Shown piece after piece: positions 42,901 through 52,678 of a DNA stretch of 64,000 bases. Every line of letters starts with the position of its first letter. Positions within the stretch are counted from its first letter, which is position 1. Both the position numbers and the translations under genes were made by a program. The stretch spans positions 113,188 through 177,187 of IMG/VR virus record IMGVR_UViG_3300043446_003158; one strand, 5' to 3'. The notes beneath the pieces are model-generated. The model was not told where the DNA came from. It did not search any database and worked only from the letters and a program-made list of their open reading frames with translations. Origin of the DNA: a virus.

Positions 42901-45900
42901 ACTTATTGGTCCAACCACTGTAGTTCCAAATCCAACATTAATAACAGTCATATATTCATCATCAACTTTAAGTATATCAACAGGTTGAATAGAAGATATA
43001 CCAGATAATGAAATAAATGAAGTTCCAGCACTAACTAATCCACCAAGGTTATTGGATAAAGTTTTTGACAACGGAGTATAACTTAATGGTGTTTGTAAAA
43101 CACCATTAACAGTTAGTACTGTTTTTTCTAATTTTTTCTTCATTTCAAATTTATGATAATTTCCACCCCCGAAATTAGTAAATGTAAATCCTATACCGTT
43201 TTTAACACCAGTTATTGAAAAATTATTTTCATCTATTTTTTTGGCATATACTGTTGAGGGGCAAATAGTTGTTATAATACCAACTTGAAAATTATTTCTA
43301 AAAGAAGTTCCTGTTGAAACATTTGATAATGTAGCAGAATAATTTAAATTTGAAGAATAATAAACTTTTTCTGATCCTGATGGTAGACTTGCTAATGACG
43401 AAGTTATTGAATTTATTCCAATAGAAATTATTGTCCCATATTGAGTATTGTCGTCAGAATATATTCCAGAACCAACTTTTAATATGGATGTATTTGCAAC
43501 TCCAGTAATAACTGAAGATCCAGAAGAAACATTTCCCACAAAATAACTGTATGTTATTCCTATACTAATAACACTTGTATTGTTAGGTATATCTAAACCT
43601 TGAATAATATTATTTGCAGTCGTAATAATTCCATCAGTTGAAGCAATTCCTGTTATAGTTTTGAATCCAACTATAGTATCTCCAGTAAAAATAGTTCCTC
43701 CAACTAAAGTGGATCCTATTCCTATAGCAGTTGCAGAAACACCAACTAAAGTCGAAGATGGTGTATATATTAATTCTTCATTATCTTCAAAAAAATGATT
43801 TTTTATTGTAATGACACCTGTCTCTAAATTTAATTGCTTTGTATTTTTAGGATTAAATACTTTTTCAAATATTGGTGTTCTATTCCAATTTAAATCAAAA
43901 TCTAATCTATCTTTTCCGTAATTATTAATAGAACCATATTTATTAACATAGATTCTTTCTCTAGAAGCACCATATGAAAGTATCTCTGGAATATTAAATT
44001 CATCATATTCTGCGTAAATATATTGATCAACTGATTGAATAGTTATCGCGGACTCTAAAAATTTATTATGTGGATGAAATACAAGATTAACCAAAGAACC
44101 ATCGTTATTTGTTGAAAATGTTCCAATACCGCTAGATTCGCCAACTGTTATAAAAGGATCACTTTGCAGTTTAGTGTAAGTTTGATCTGAAATTACAATA
44201 ACTTGATAAATTGCTATAGTTGAACCAATAGAAACTCTTATTAAAGATTTTAATAATGATTCTGTTGCACTATCAAATGATGTAATAGTAGAAATACCAG
44301 TAGTAAGATTATAATTACTTTCAATTCTTGAAGTTCTTTCTGATCCAGGAATTTGATCCTCCACTAAAAATCTATGAATTCCTTCTCCCAATTCTGGTTT
44401 CCCAATAGCAACAGTTTTATTTTTAATAATTAATTTATCGCTAGTATTGTTGAAAAATGATAAACTAATCACTCCAGAATTAACTGTTAATCCAAAAGTT
44501 CCAATATAACCAGATGAATATCCTCCAAAATATTGTGAAGAATCAAAATAATATTCTGCTAAATGAGTATTCGTTCCGTCATAAGTTCCAACTACTTCAT
44601 AATAATTTAATGAATAATCTTTAGTATTAATTATTAATGAAGATGATTGTATAGTATGGTAATCTGCAGATAAAGCTCTAAAAACTGATGTACTAAATCC
44701 TACTTCTCCTTTTACTTCTCTAGATTCACTAAACAATCTAAGAAATCCATAGTTTGTAATTCCAAATCCAGTTATATTTGGTTGTGAAAAATACTCCCTA
44801 TAAATTTTTATATTATAACTAGTTTCATAAGGATCTGTTGGATTAAATACTAATGCAGGATCTCCAACGTTATTAAGTTTACCTTCAAAATACCCAAGAT
44901 CAAAATTTGTAAATATATTAGATTTATTTAAAGTATAAGTATTTTTAAAATCATTAAGAACAACTAAATCAGAAACTTGATATGATACCTTATCGGATTC
45001 TAAATTTTTAATATTTGAGACTTGAACTAAAAATTTGGAATAAAAATCAGTTATATCATAAGTAACAGAATCTAAAAATTCATCTTTGTTAAATTCAGAG
45101 CTTGAAAAACTATTACTTATATCATCTATCTGCAAAACTCTATTAGATTTGCATTCAATGTAGTTTGAAAGTTTTTTATTAAGTAATCTGACATTTGAGG
45201 AAAAATATTGTGTTGCTTCATAATCAAAAGCAATATCATAGTTTTTAATAATATCTACTCGTTTTTGATTATCTAAATTTAAAACTGTTGAAAGAGATGA
45301 AGTTCCTGCTATTGAAGTTTTTCCTCCAGAACTAAATCCAATTTCTCCAAAACTTTTAGTTCCTACAGGATGAACTAATTTATTTAAAGCTTCAGAATAT
45401 CTATCATATTCTACATCACTTTTAATAGAATAAGATAAATTTTGATAATAATCATTATCTGGTAATGCTTGTGTATCTAAATTTAATTTTCCAACATCAG
45501 TAATCCATCCAGATTTAGATTTACTTGAAGATGAATAATTAAATCTAGCATCATATGTAAATATATCAGTTACAGTTGCTTGAGAATTTGAAAAAGTTCC
45601 CTTTACTTTATCAAATATTTTAATTTCTTGAGATGTCTTTGAAACATTGAGTGAATCACTGGATGCGTTTCTTATTTCAATATTTGATGGAATATTATTA
45701 ATATATAAAGATTCTCCATCAGAAAATTTACTTTTTATTTGAACTATATCAAAAATTGGATAAGATTTTTCATTAATTGCAGAACTATATGTAGATTGAC
45801 TTAAAACTGAAACTCCAGGATTTAAAGTATATGGAGATATGTCATATTTTAAAACGGCATTTCCTGGGTCATTTATAAAATCAGTTACTTTAAAAAAGTT

Positions 45901-48900
45901 GTATCCGTGATCTGATGAATTATAACCATCTCCGGGAAATGAAATATTACCAAATTCGTCTTCTACTGCTCCTTTTTGAACATTTTCTACAAAAACATAA
46001 TCCCCAACATTAAATGGTGGTGTTACAAATCCATAAATTGGAGGTGTTCTTACTAAAGCATGTACTATACCATCAATACAAGTTGTAACACCAATAATTG
46101 TAACACCATTGCTGTTATTTACAGTATATAATCTATGAACAGCAGATCTTAGTCCTTTTGGTCTAGATATTATTTTGACAGAACCTATAGAACTTCCATT
46201 TAAAGATAATTCTAGTATTCCAGAATTTACAGGTTGTCTTGTTAAAGTATCAACTAAAACTAAATTTGGTTTAGATAAAAAGTTTTTACCTCCAGAAACA
46301 ACATTAATTTCTGAAATTTCTTCATTGTCACTTAGTATTAGTAAATTATTTAAATTTGCTGATGGGCGTAAAGTTTTGTCAGAAGGGTAATCAAACCCAT
46401 CATTAGAAATTTCTATAGATTTATATTTTCCAATACTTTTCGTAGTTGCATTAATGTAGGCATTTTTTCCTGGAATTCTTCCAGAAAAAGAAGTATCTAC
46501 TCCTACTATTCTTGGTATTTTTTTATATCCAGATCCTCCACTTAATAATTTTACCGATGCAATTGGACCAGTTGTATTTTTTGAAGAAGTTGTATACTCA
46601 ATCTTAGAATTTTGGTTTGTATATTCCAAAGATTCTGGTATTTTTTTTAAAGAAATTGAAAAACTTGTATTTGAAGATTGATAAACTACAGAATTTTGTT
46701 GATTATAAAAACTATCAACAAAAATTACTTGATATTCAGATTCTTTTTCATTTGAAAAAATAGGTTTATGATCTTTAATCAAAGAATAATAAAATGATGG
46801 AATTTTATCATCATAGTTAACTATAAGTTCTCCATTTACTCCAATAGTTCCACTTCTAGATACATTAAATTGAGATGTTGATGCAGTTGAAACAAAATTT
46901 TTATTGAAATTTTTATCATAAAAAAGATCAAATTCATATCCATTTAAAGATGAGTCTGAAAGATCAAATATCACATCATTATTTCTAATTGATAATATTT
47001 GTGGATTAACTTTGCTTATTTCTTGAGAAGATCCCCCAGAATTTTGAATATTAATTTCATTTACTGGAAAAGAAATAGCATCTAAATTAGTTTCGCATAG
47101 TTTTATTTTATTGCTATCTACTTTATTAATATAATAAATTCCAGTTGAAATTCCACCACTATTGTAACTTGAAGTATTGTAAAAAACTTTTTGACCAGTT
47201 TCAAATCTATGCGAAGGTATTGTAATTGTGTTTTTACTTATATCAACAGAAGAAGATCCAAAAACTTCTGGATTAACTAATAAAACATTAAAATCTGGAT
47301 TATATTTTAATGTACTTATTCCACTTAAATTTGGATTTATTTTAAGATCAATAAATTCTCCATTTTGTATATTATGATTAGTATAAGTATTAATCGTTGC
47401 TTTTATTTTAGATACTGTACCAGTTAAAATTTCATCAGAATTTAATACAGATTCAATTTTGTAATCATATTTATTAGATCCATTTGATGCAAAATATAAA
47501 CCTGATGTTGTTGTTGTAAGACCAATTTGTGTTACTATTCCAATAAAATCTTTTGATTTATTAATTACATAAAGATAAGAATCTTCATTAATTTCTGGTG
47601 GTAATCCAAATTCAAATCCAGATGACGTATTAGAAACTAAAATAGAAGCACTTCCTACTGATTGACTTGATGATAATTTTATAAGATCATTTGTATTAAA
47701 TGGATGATTTGGAATGTAAATACTTCTAGTTGGAATAGAAACTTTCTTAGAAAAATCTCCATAATATTGTGTTATCAATGTTTCTTTACCCTCTAAAGTA
47801 CCAACACCCACAGAATCATTCGGATTAAAATAAACTATAGATTTATTTTTAGATTTAAAATATTTTGAATCTAAATTTATTTTAAATATGCAAGGAATTT
47901 CTTCAACTAAAGATGATATACTATGAGATATTCCAGTTTGAGATCTCATACATCTTAAAATATTATTTTCAAAAATATTTAAAATCATAAATTTTTCACT
48001 ATTAATTAAAACACTACTACCAACACTTACGTTTGATAATCTTCTATCTAAATAAATATCTGTCACCACACCGACATTTGGTGCTGAATTTAATTCTCTT
48101 AATAAAACAGCACTTTGCTTAGTTACTTCAATTTTATGATTTCCTGCAAGATTTTTGACAGAAGAAGTACTTAAACCAGTAATTTGAATACTTTCTTGAT
48201 CTAAAAGATTGTGTGATGGTAAAATTTTAGCAATAACAGTGTTAGAATTTTCCCAAGTAAATTCTACATTTTCATATAAATTATACGTTGTATTTACAGA
48301 TTCAATTTCAGATCTATTAAATACTTTTTCTATTACAGCTAGAGCCCCTACCCCGCTTGTTCCTTGATTTTCAAAAATAAGTTTATCTCCATTACTATAT
48401 CCCTCTCCGGGAACTTGTATTATTAAACCATCTACAGATCCAGTTTCAACAGATTTAATTTCTGACCTTTGCTTTAATCCAAAGTTTTTAGGTAAAAAAT
48501 AATTACTAGAAAATTCTCTATTTACTCTATACGGAAATGTATTTCTTAGTAAATTTTCATCATCTAAATCTGCATTTTGATCTAAAATAAAGTTACTCTC
48601 TGGATCTGATCTATAAGAATTTCCTATAAAATATGGAAATTCTGGAACTATTTCAGTTTTTGCAGCAGTACTAACATCTAACTTAGTGCTAGAATAATAT
48701 GCATATACACCATTCGGAAATTCTGGTGTTTTTGAAAATCTACCATTATGAATATCAAGATTTCCAGAATTTGTAAATGAATAATCTTCCACAAAAAATC
48801 CAGATGGTAAATCTTGGAGTGGAGGTCTATTATAAACTTTTTCTGGATTTAAAGTATATCCACTTTTTAAACGAACAATTTGTGATGAAAAGTTTGAAGG

Positions 48901-51900
48901 ATCTTCATATCCATATGGACCATATATTGGAATTCCGTCTCTGGACCATCCTATTATTTTAGAATGTAATGTATTTTCATCAGGATCTTTGAATTCCAAA
49001 CCCTCTCTATTTGAATAATATCCATTAATTGCATAAGTTAATCCTGTTTTTTCTTTATTTTCTAAATAAAACTCTCCAGGATATCTGTAATAATCATTAA
49101 CAGTTAATGATCTTATAGATGGAACAAGAACTGCACCTTGTCCTGGAGTTGAAACAATAATATTAGTATTATTGTCATATCCCGCACCTTCATTTAAAAC
49201 AATTATAGATTCTATTAAACCATTATTTACTTCTGCTCTTAATTTGCATCCCAATCCAGATCCAATAATTTCTAAATCTACATTTTTGTCATAATCCGTT
49301 CCTTTATTTTGAACTTGAACTGATACAATTTTTCCATTAATTATTAATGGTTTTAATTGAGCTCCAAATCCTTTTTTAATAGATACAATTGGATTTATAT
49401 TTAAATTTAATGCTGTTGAACCATAATCACTCCCAGGTTCATACAAATATGCACCAACAACATTTCCCCTAACAATAGGAGTTAATTTTACTTCAGAAGT
49501 AATTCCAATATATTCAGCAGTTAAACTTAATTCTATAGGAGGATATGAAAAAATTTGATATCCATCTCCGGTTGAATTAATATTAACAGATTTTCTTTTT
49601 ATATAATTTAATTTATCATTTTCATTTTCATTTTGTTCCTTTAAACCACCGTCTGATAATTTAAAATTATCGGAATCAACTTTTAAAACATAATATTTTT
49701 TACTAACATCTAATCCATTAATTTGTTGTCCCTCAAATGAATAATTAATTAAATCTCCATCATTAAAAGTGTGATTTTTAAATGTTATAGTATCAGTTTG
49801 AGTTATTATTCCAACTGGTTTAATTTTTAAAACTTTATTTGTATATCCTTCTCCAGGATTTACAATTCTTACATAAGATAAAACTTTAATAGGATCATAT
49901 AATCTAAACTTATGAATTCCATAAGTATTCATTGTTGTTAAACCAACAGTATTAATACCGCTAGTTAAATCATCTAAACTTGTATAAATTTGAATACTGT
50001 TTGAATTTATAACTTTTGGATAATAAATTCCACCATTTATTAAATATTTTCCACTATCTAAGTTTGATCCTCCAAAAGACCCTATACCAATACCTAAATT
50101 TCCATTAGTATTGTATACTATTTTTTGTCCGTCTAATAAAGCATGGGGACTATTAAAAGAAAAAGTATCATTTGATGGATTTATTGCTCCACCAAAATCT
50201 GTTGTTTGGGCACTAAAAATTATTTCTCTATACTGTTTTTTTATAATTGGATCAAAAACTGCACCTTTTCCATTTCCCCCTTTTGCGGAAATTGAAATAA
50301 CTCGTTCAATTCCAAATTGTTGAGGATCTACAAAAACATCTTTAAAGTTTCCTGAAACTATTAAATTTAATAATGCAGTTGTTCCAATACCAGTATTTGG
50401 ACTTGTTAGTTCTGCTTTTGGAGGACTAATAACATCATAATTAAATCCTTGATTTGAAACATCAACTTTTTCTATTGGACCATAAAAAACTTTATCAGTA
50501 GATTTATAATTTATAATATCAACTCCATTAATTAAAGTACCAACAACTCCAGGCAAAGTTTCAATATTTTTTTCCAATAAATTAAAATTTTTGTTTATTG
50601 AAAACTTTTTAAGTGAATTTGATGGTAATAAAATTTGAGAAGAATGTTGAACAAGAACAAATCTATGTGTTCCAAAAGAAGTGTTTTTATCAAAACGTAA
50701 AAAATCTTTTACCGGTAAAAATGATGCTGCGGAATACAATCGTATTTTATTTTTCTGAGGCAAAACTTCAACTATAAATTCTGAATAATTTAATAAACCA
50801 CTTATTGGTGAATTAGTTGTATAAAAGTATTTTACAATATCTCCAGTTAAAAATGGAACTTCATTATCAAAAGATAATATTGTATATTTTCCACCTAAAA
50901 GACCATCAAAAAACTCATCACTGTCTTTTAATGAATTAATTGTTTTTACCGATTGTTTAATATCTAATGTTATTTGTCTTGATGGTAAAGAATTTGATGC
51001 AACATACATTTCATTTTGTTTTGAAATGTATGTATTTTGCACATTTGAAATAACTTGAGGATATTTTATTGGTATATATTCACTAGATGAAAATTCATAA
51101 TTTCTTCTAATATCTATTTTTTGTTGTGGTAATATTCCAAATATTGGTGTATCTAAAGTTATTTTATTATTTTCTATAGCAGTGACAACAACATTATCCA
51201 GAACTTTTTGCTCAGTATCTCTAAGCAAAATATCAACAAAATCACCCACTTTTAAACTAGTGGGATGTGTATTTTCATAAAGAGTTATTACTGGATTTCC
51301 AACAGAAAATTTTTGTATATTATAACTAGATTTTATATTATAAATCCAAGAACTAAAAGCATATTCCTTTAAAGTTTTAGTATCTACATCATAACGAATA
51401 TCAGATCCAATTTCTCCAACTTCAACAACATCATTTTCTGATAATAAAATAGAATTTTCTATACCAGAAATGCTAGAAAGTGAACCAATTACTACAAATT
51501 CTATTTTTTTTGTTTCGTCACCATTTTCGTAACCATATACTATATAATCTTTAAAGTATAAATCTTTTCCGGGTTTTATTTCATTTAAAACTCCAGAACA
51601 ACCATAAAATTGATTTACACTTTTATTTTCATATGTAATTTCTTGCCCATCACAAACAAATTTCCCAGAATCTTTAAATCCTATTGTAGAATCTACAGTA
51701 ATTGTTGAAGATCCAATAGAAATATTGTTAGTTATTTTAGTTTTTGGTGTAATTTTAAAATTACCTTCTATCAAATTATCATCCGTGTATCCATAAAATA
51801 AATGAATTTTATAAACGGTTTTATTATTTTTTGTAGATATATCAATTTTAGATATTGGTCCAGAAAATGTCCCATCTACACTTTTGATTTGTTGACCAAC

Positions 51901-52677
51901 TAATTTAAAAGGATCGCAATTGTTTGTGATTAAATCACAAACTACAATATTTCTACGCAAATAATCTCCAGCAGAAGGCTTTATTAAAAAGTCCTCAAGA
52001 TTTACAATTTTTGGAGTTTGATTAAATAAAACTTTAAATAATATTTTTATTGACTCATCAGTTCCCTTTGATTGGTAAAAACTTTTTATGTTGGAAATAA
52101 AATTATTAATATCTAATTCTGGAGAAAATTCAAAATCTTCAAACCCTGGCGCAAAAAGATATTTTAATTTTTTATAAAATTCTTTTAAAAATAAAGAGCT
52201 TAAATTGGTTGCTTCTACTCCAGATTTATGAGAAGATGATTTTGATTTGGTAAAAACTAATTCTTCTTGATTTGACAAGTCATTAAGAGAAGATATTCCA
52301 GAAAATCCACGAGAACAACCTAAAAGTGTATTTCCACTAATACTTTCATATGTTATTATTTCATCTTCAATTTTTACTAATCCATATTTTTTTGGAAATC
52401 CTTTTATTGAAGAAAGATTTATTTCATCGGACGTAGATGTTATGTCTGAAGTAAGAGTTATTTTTTCTTGACTTATTTTATCATTTAAAAAGTCAAAATT
52501 TAGGTACTGATCTAAATTTTCTATAATATCTATTGGACCACCTTCAAATTCCTGAGAAATATAATATTGCTTTAAAAATTCTAAAAATTTTGGATTTTCA
52601 TCCAAAATAAATTCTGGTATCTGATTGCTGATAATTTCGTTTACCTTTATTCTACTCTCAAAATTTGTCGATATCAT
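39964..52677 (-). CDS. gp7: Baseplate wedge initiator gp7 (4237 aa)
   Basis: N-terminal NQIPEFILDENPKFLEFLKQYYISQE, FYQSKGT, DNDYYQNLSYSIKS, HPVGTKSFGE; lies between gp6 and gp8. Confidence 0.85.
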   Translation of the reverse strand: MISTNFESRIKVNEIISNQIPEFILDENPKFLEFLKQYYISQEFEGGPIDIIENLDQYLNFDFLNDKISQEKITLTSDITSTSDEINLSSIKGFPKKYGLVKIEDEIITYESISGNTLLGCSRGFSGISSLNDLSNQEELVFTKSKSSSHKSGVEATNLSSLFLKEFYKKLKYLFAPGFEDFEFSPELDINNFISNIKSFYQSKGTDESIKILFKVLFNQTPKIVNLEDFLIKPSAGDYLRRNIVVCDLITNNCDPFKLVGQQIKSVDGTFSGPISKIDISTKNNKTVYKIHLFYGYTDDNLIEGNFKITPKTKITNNISIGSSTITVDSTIGFKDSGKFVCDGQEITYENKSVNQFYGCSGVLNEIKPGKDLYFKDYIVYGYENGDETKKIEFVVIGSLSSISGIENSILLSENDVVEVGEIGSDIRYDVDTKTLKEYAFSSWIYNIKSSYNIQKFSVGNPVITLYENTHPTSLKVGDFVDILLRDTEQKVLDNVVVTAIENNKITLDTPIFGILPQQKIDIRRNYEFSSSEYIPIKYPQVISNVQNTYISKQNEMYVASNSLPSRQITLDIKQSVKTINSLKDSDEFFDGLLGGKYTILSFDNEVPFLTGDIVKYFYTTNSPISGLLNYSEFIVEVLPQKNKIRLYSAASFLPVKDFLRFDKNTSFGTHRFVLVQHSSQILLPSNSLKKFSINKNFNLLEKNIETLPGVVGTLINGVDIINYKSTDKVFYGPIEKVDVSNQGFNYDVISPPKAELTSPNTGIGTTALLNLIVSGNFKDVFVDPQQFGIERVISISAKGGNGKGAVFDPIIKKQYREIIFSAQTTDFGGAINPSNDTFSFNSPHALLDGQKIVYNTNGNLGIGIGSFGGSNLDSGKYLINGGIYYPKVINSNSIQIYTSLDDLTSGINTVGLTTMNTYGIHKFRLYDPIKVLSYVRIVNPGEGYTNKVLKIKPVGIITQTDTITFKNHTFNDGDLINYSFEGQQINGLDVSKKYYVLKVDSDNFKLSDGGLKEQNENENDKLNYIKRKSVNINSTGDGYQIFSYPPIELSLTAEYIGITSEVKLTPIVRGNVVGAYLYEPGSDYGSTALNLNINPIVSIKKGFGAQLKPLIINGKIVSVQVQNKGTDYDKNVDLEIIGSGLGCKLRAEVNNGLIESIIVLNEGAGYDNNTNIIVSTPGQGAVLVPSIRSLTVNDYYRYPGEFYLENKEKTGLTYAINGYYSNREGLEFKDPDENTLHSKIIGWSRDGIPIYGPYGYEDPSNFSSQIVRLKSGYTLNPEKVYNRPPLQDLPSGFFVEDYSFTNSGNLDIHNGRFSKTPEFPNGVYAYYSSTKLDVSTAAKTEIVPEFPYFIGNSYRSDPESNFILDQNADLDDENLLRNTFPYRVNREFSSNYFLPKNFGLKQRSEIKSVETGSVDGLIIQVPGEGYSNGDKLIFENQGTSGVGALAVIEKVFNRSEIESVNTTYNLYENVEFTWENSNTVIAKILPSHNLLDQESIQITGLSTSSVKNLAGNHKIEVTKQSAVLLRELNSAPNVGVVTDIYLDRRLSNVSVGSSVLINSEKFMILNIFENNILRCMRSQTGISHSISSLVEEIPCIFKINLDSKYFKSKNKSIVYFNPNDSVGVGTLEGKETLITQYYGDFSKKVSIPTRSIYIPNHPFNTNDLIKLSSSQSVGSASILVSNTSSGFEFGLPPEINEDSYLYVINKSKDFIGIVTQIGLTTTTSGLYFASNGSNKYDYKIESVLNSDEILTGTVSKIKATINTYTNHNIQNGEFIDLKINPNLSGISTLKYNPDFNVLLVNPEVFGSSSVDISKNTITIPSHRFETGQKVFYNTSSYNSGGISTGIYYINKVDSNKIKLCETNLDAISFPVNEINIQNSGGSSQEISKVNPQILSIRNNDVIFDLSDSSLNGYEFDLFYDKNFNKNFVSTASTSQFNVSRSGTIGVNGELIVNYDDKIPSFYYSLIKDHKPIFSNEKESEYQVIFVDSFYNQQNSVVYQSSNTSFSISLKKIPESLEYTNQNSKIEYTTSSKNTTGPIASVKLLSGGSGYKKIPRIVGVDTSFSGRIPGKNAYINATTKSIGKYKSIEISNDGFDYPSDKTLRPSANLNNLLILSDNEEISEINVVSGGKNFLSKPNLVLVDTLTRQPVNSGILELSLNGSSIGSVKIISRPKGLRSAVHRLYTVNNSNGVTIIGVTTCIDGIVHALVRTPPIYGFVTPPFNVGDYVFVENVQKGAVEDEFGNISFPGDGYNSSDHGYNFFKVTDFINDPGNAVLKYDISPYTLNPGVSVLSQSTYSSAINEKSYPIFDIVQIKSKFSDGESLYINNIPSNIEIRNASSDSLNVSKTSQEIKIFDKVKGTFSNSQATVTDIFTYDARFNYSSSSKSKSGWITDVGKLNLDTQALPDNDYYQNLSYSIKSDVEYDRYSEALNKLVHPVGTKSFGEIGFSSGGKTSIAGTSSLSTVLNLDNQKRVDIIKNYDIAFDYEATQYFSSNVRLLNKKLSNYIECKSNRVLQIDDISNSFSSSEFNKDEFLDSVTYDITDFYSKFLVQVSNIKNLESDKVSYQVSDLVVLNDFKNTYTLNKSNIFTNFDLGYFEGKLNNVGDPALVFNPTDPYETSYNIKIYREYFSQPNITGFGITNYGFLRLFSESREVKGEVGFSTSVFRALSADYHTIQSSSLIINTKDYSLNYYEVVGTYDGTNTHLAEYYFDSSQYFGGYSSGYIGTFGLTVNSGVISLSFFNNTSDKLIIKNKTVAIGKPELGEGIHRFLVEDQIPGSERTSRIESNYNLTTGISTITSFDSATESLLKSLIRVSIGSTIAIYQVIVISDQTYTKLQSDPFITVGESSGIGTFSTNNDGSLVNLVFHPHNKFLESAITIQSVDQYIYAEYDEFNIPEILSYGASRERIYVNKYGSINNYGKDRLDFDLNWNRTPIFEKVFNPKNTKQLNLETGVITIKNHFFEDNEELIYTPSSTLVGVSATAIGIGSTLVGGTIFTGDTIVGFKTITGIASTDGIITTANNIIQGLDIPNNTSVISIGITYSYFVGNVSSGSSVITGVANTSILKVGSGIYSDDNTQYGTIISIGINSITSSLASLPSGSEKVYYSSNLNYSATLSNVSTGTSFRNNFQVGIITTICPSTVYAKKIDENNFSITGVKNGIGFTFTNFGGGNYHKFEMKKKLEKTVLTVNGVLQTPLSYTPLSKTLSNNLGGLVSAGTSFISLSGISSIQPVDILKVDDEYMTVINVGFGTTVVGPISGLGTFALCNVNRGSLGSISTTHTDNTDIRIYKGSYNIVGNKIWFSEAPDGKGNNALFGDNYLPLPKSTFNGRVYLRKDYTTNRIYDDISLNFTGVGRTFSLYSGGKVVSDAVPGNNILILNDIYQTPDTTNNTNNNYEILTSGGISSVRFKGITLPNTSESFTVDYDINQNDLPKGGVLVSLAFTGGHGYAPLIGVPSDVLDVKVGAGGSIKSIGFTTSIIVGLAVTGNIGVTTNIVTGINTDSIKVNQKVMNILNKYVDEIKFVPQYVNLKVPNITNILQFDTLVSSVGINSITLSKLTTNTSSLTTSFGFDFGDEFRGSGYYSSVSVSIADTSHVGLSATITANVGSGGSITSFTIINGGTGYSNPIPVISDPSYQNLSIKGLFRPSIGSTTKTGIGLSITVVASPSERVGIGSSYSYISDFIITKPGYSFELGDVFELNGLTTAAGISKPLEPLTFTVTEVKADTFGAWQVGEFDFVDTTKPLQNGVRTRFPLIKNNKLLSFERSKTDPAAAIIDFSTILLIFINGVLQEPGVSYEYNGGTTFKFFEAPKYEDNVSIFFYRGTAGIDSVEINVYPTIKPGDSIQINKNEGLPFTIGQDPRVISFITSSDSFETGIYLGEGVDELNPKPMDLIPQKTDLVTNLITQYKDRDSLESQIFPTAKIIKSVSNSDTEIFVDNAQFFKYEENQFDLSIPNFNGLIVQNGSPISAALTATVSLSSTISKITVNSGGSGYAGLGIGNSILLKLRSVSSIGGTDAIISATVSAAGTITTPIYISNSGYGYTYSNPPEVIAPISAIPNELVTDINFVQGFSGIITGITTCPGIGTNLALKLFTSYDQNINVSNLIVGYPIYVFDTSIGNGITSINSNELQIVSIGNTYCDNIYQVHQITNLNLKGEIICNISDKTSVIGLKTTGSSLKGRFSWGKFSSVKRSETNPLSIDLSNYTASSGLSSFPTIQRRGYGLRELGGLVKIFLD

Positions 52678-52678
52678 A

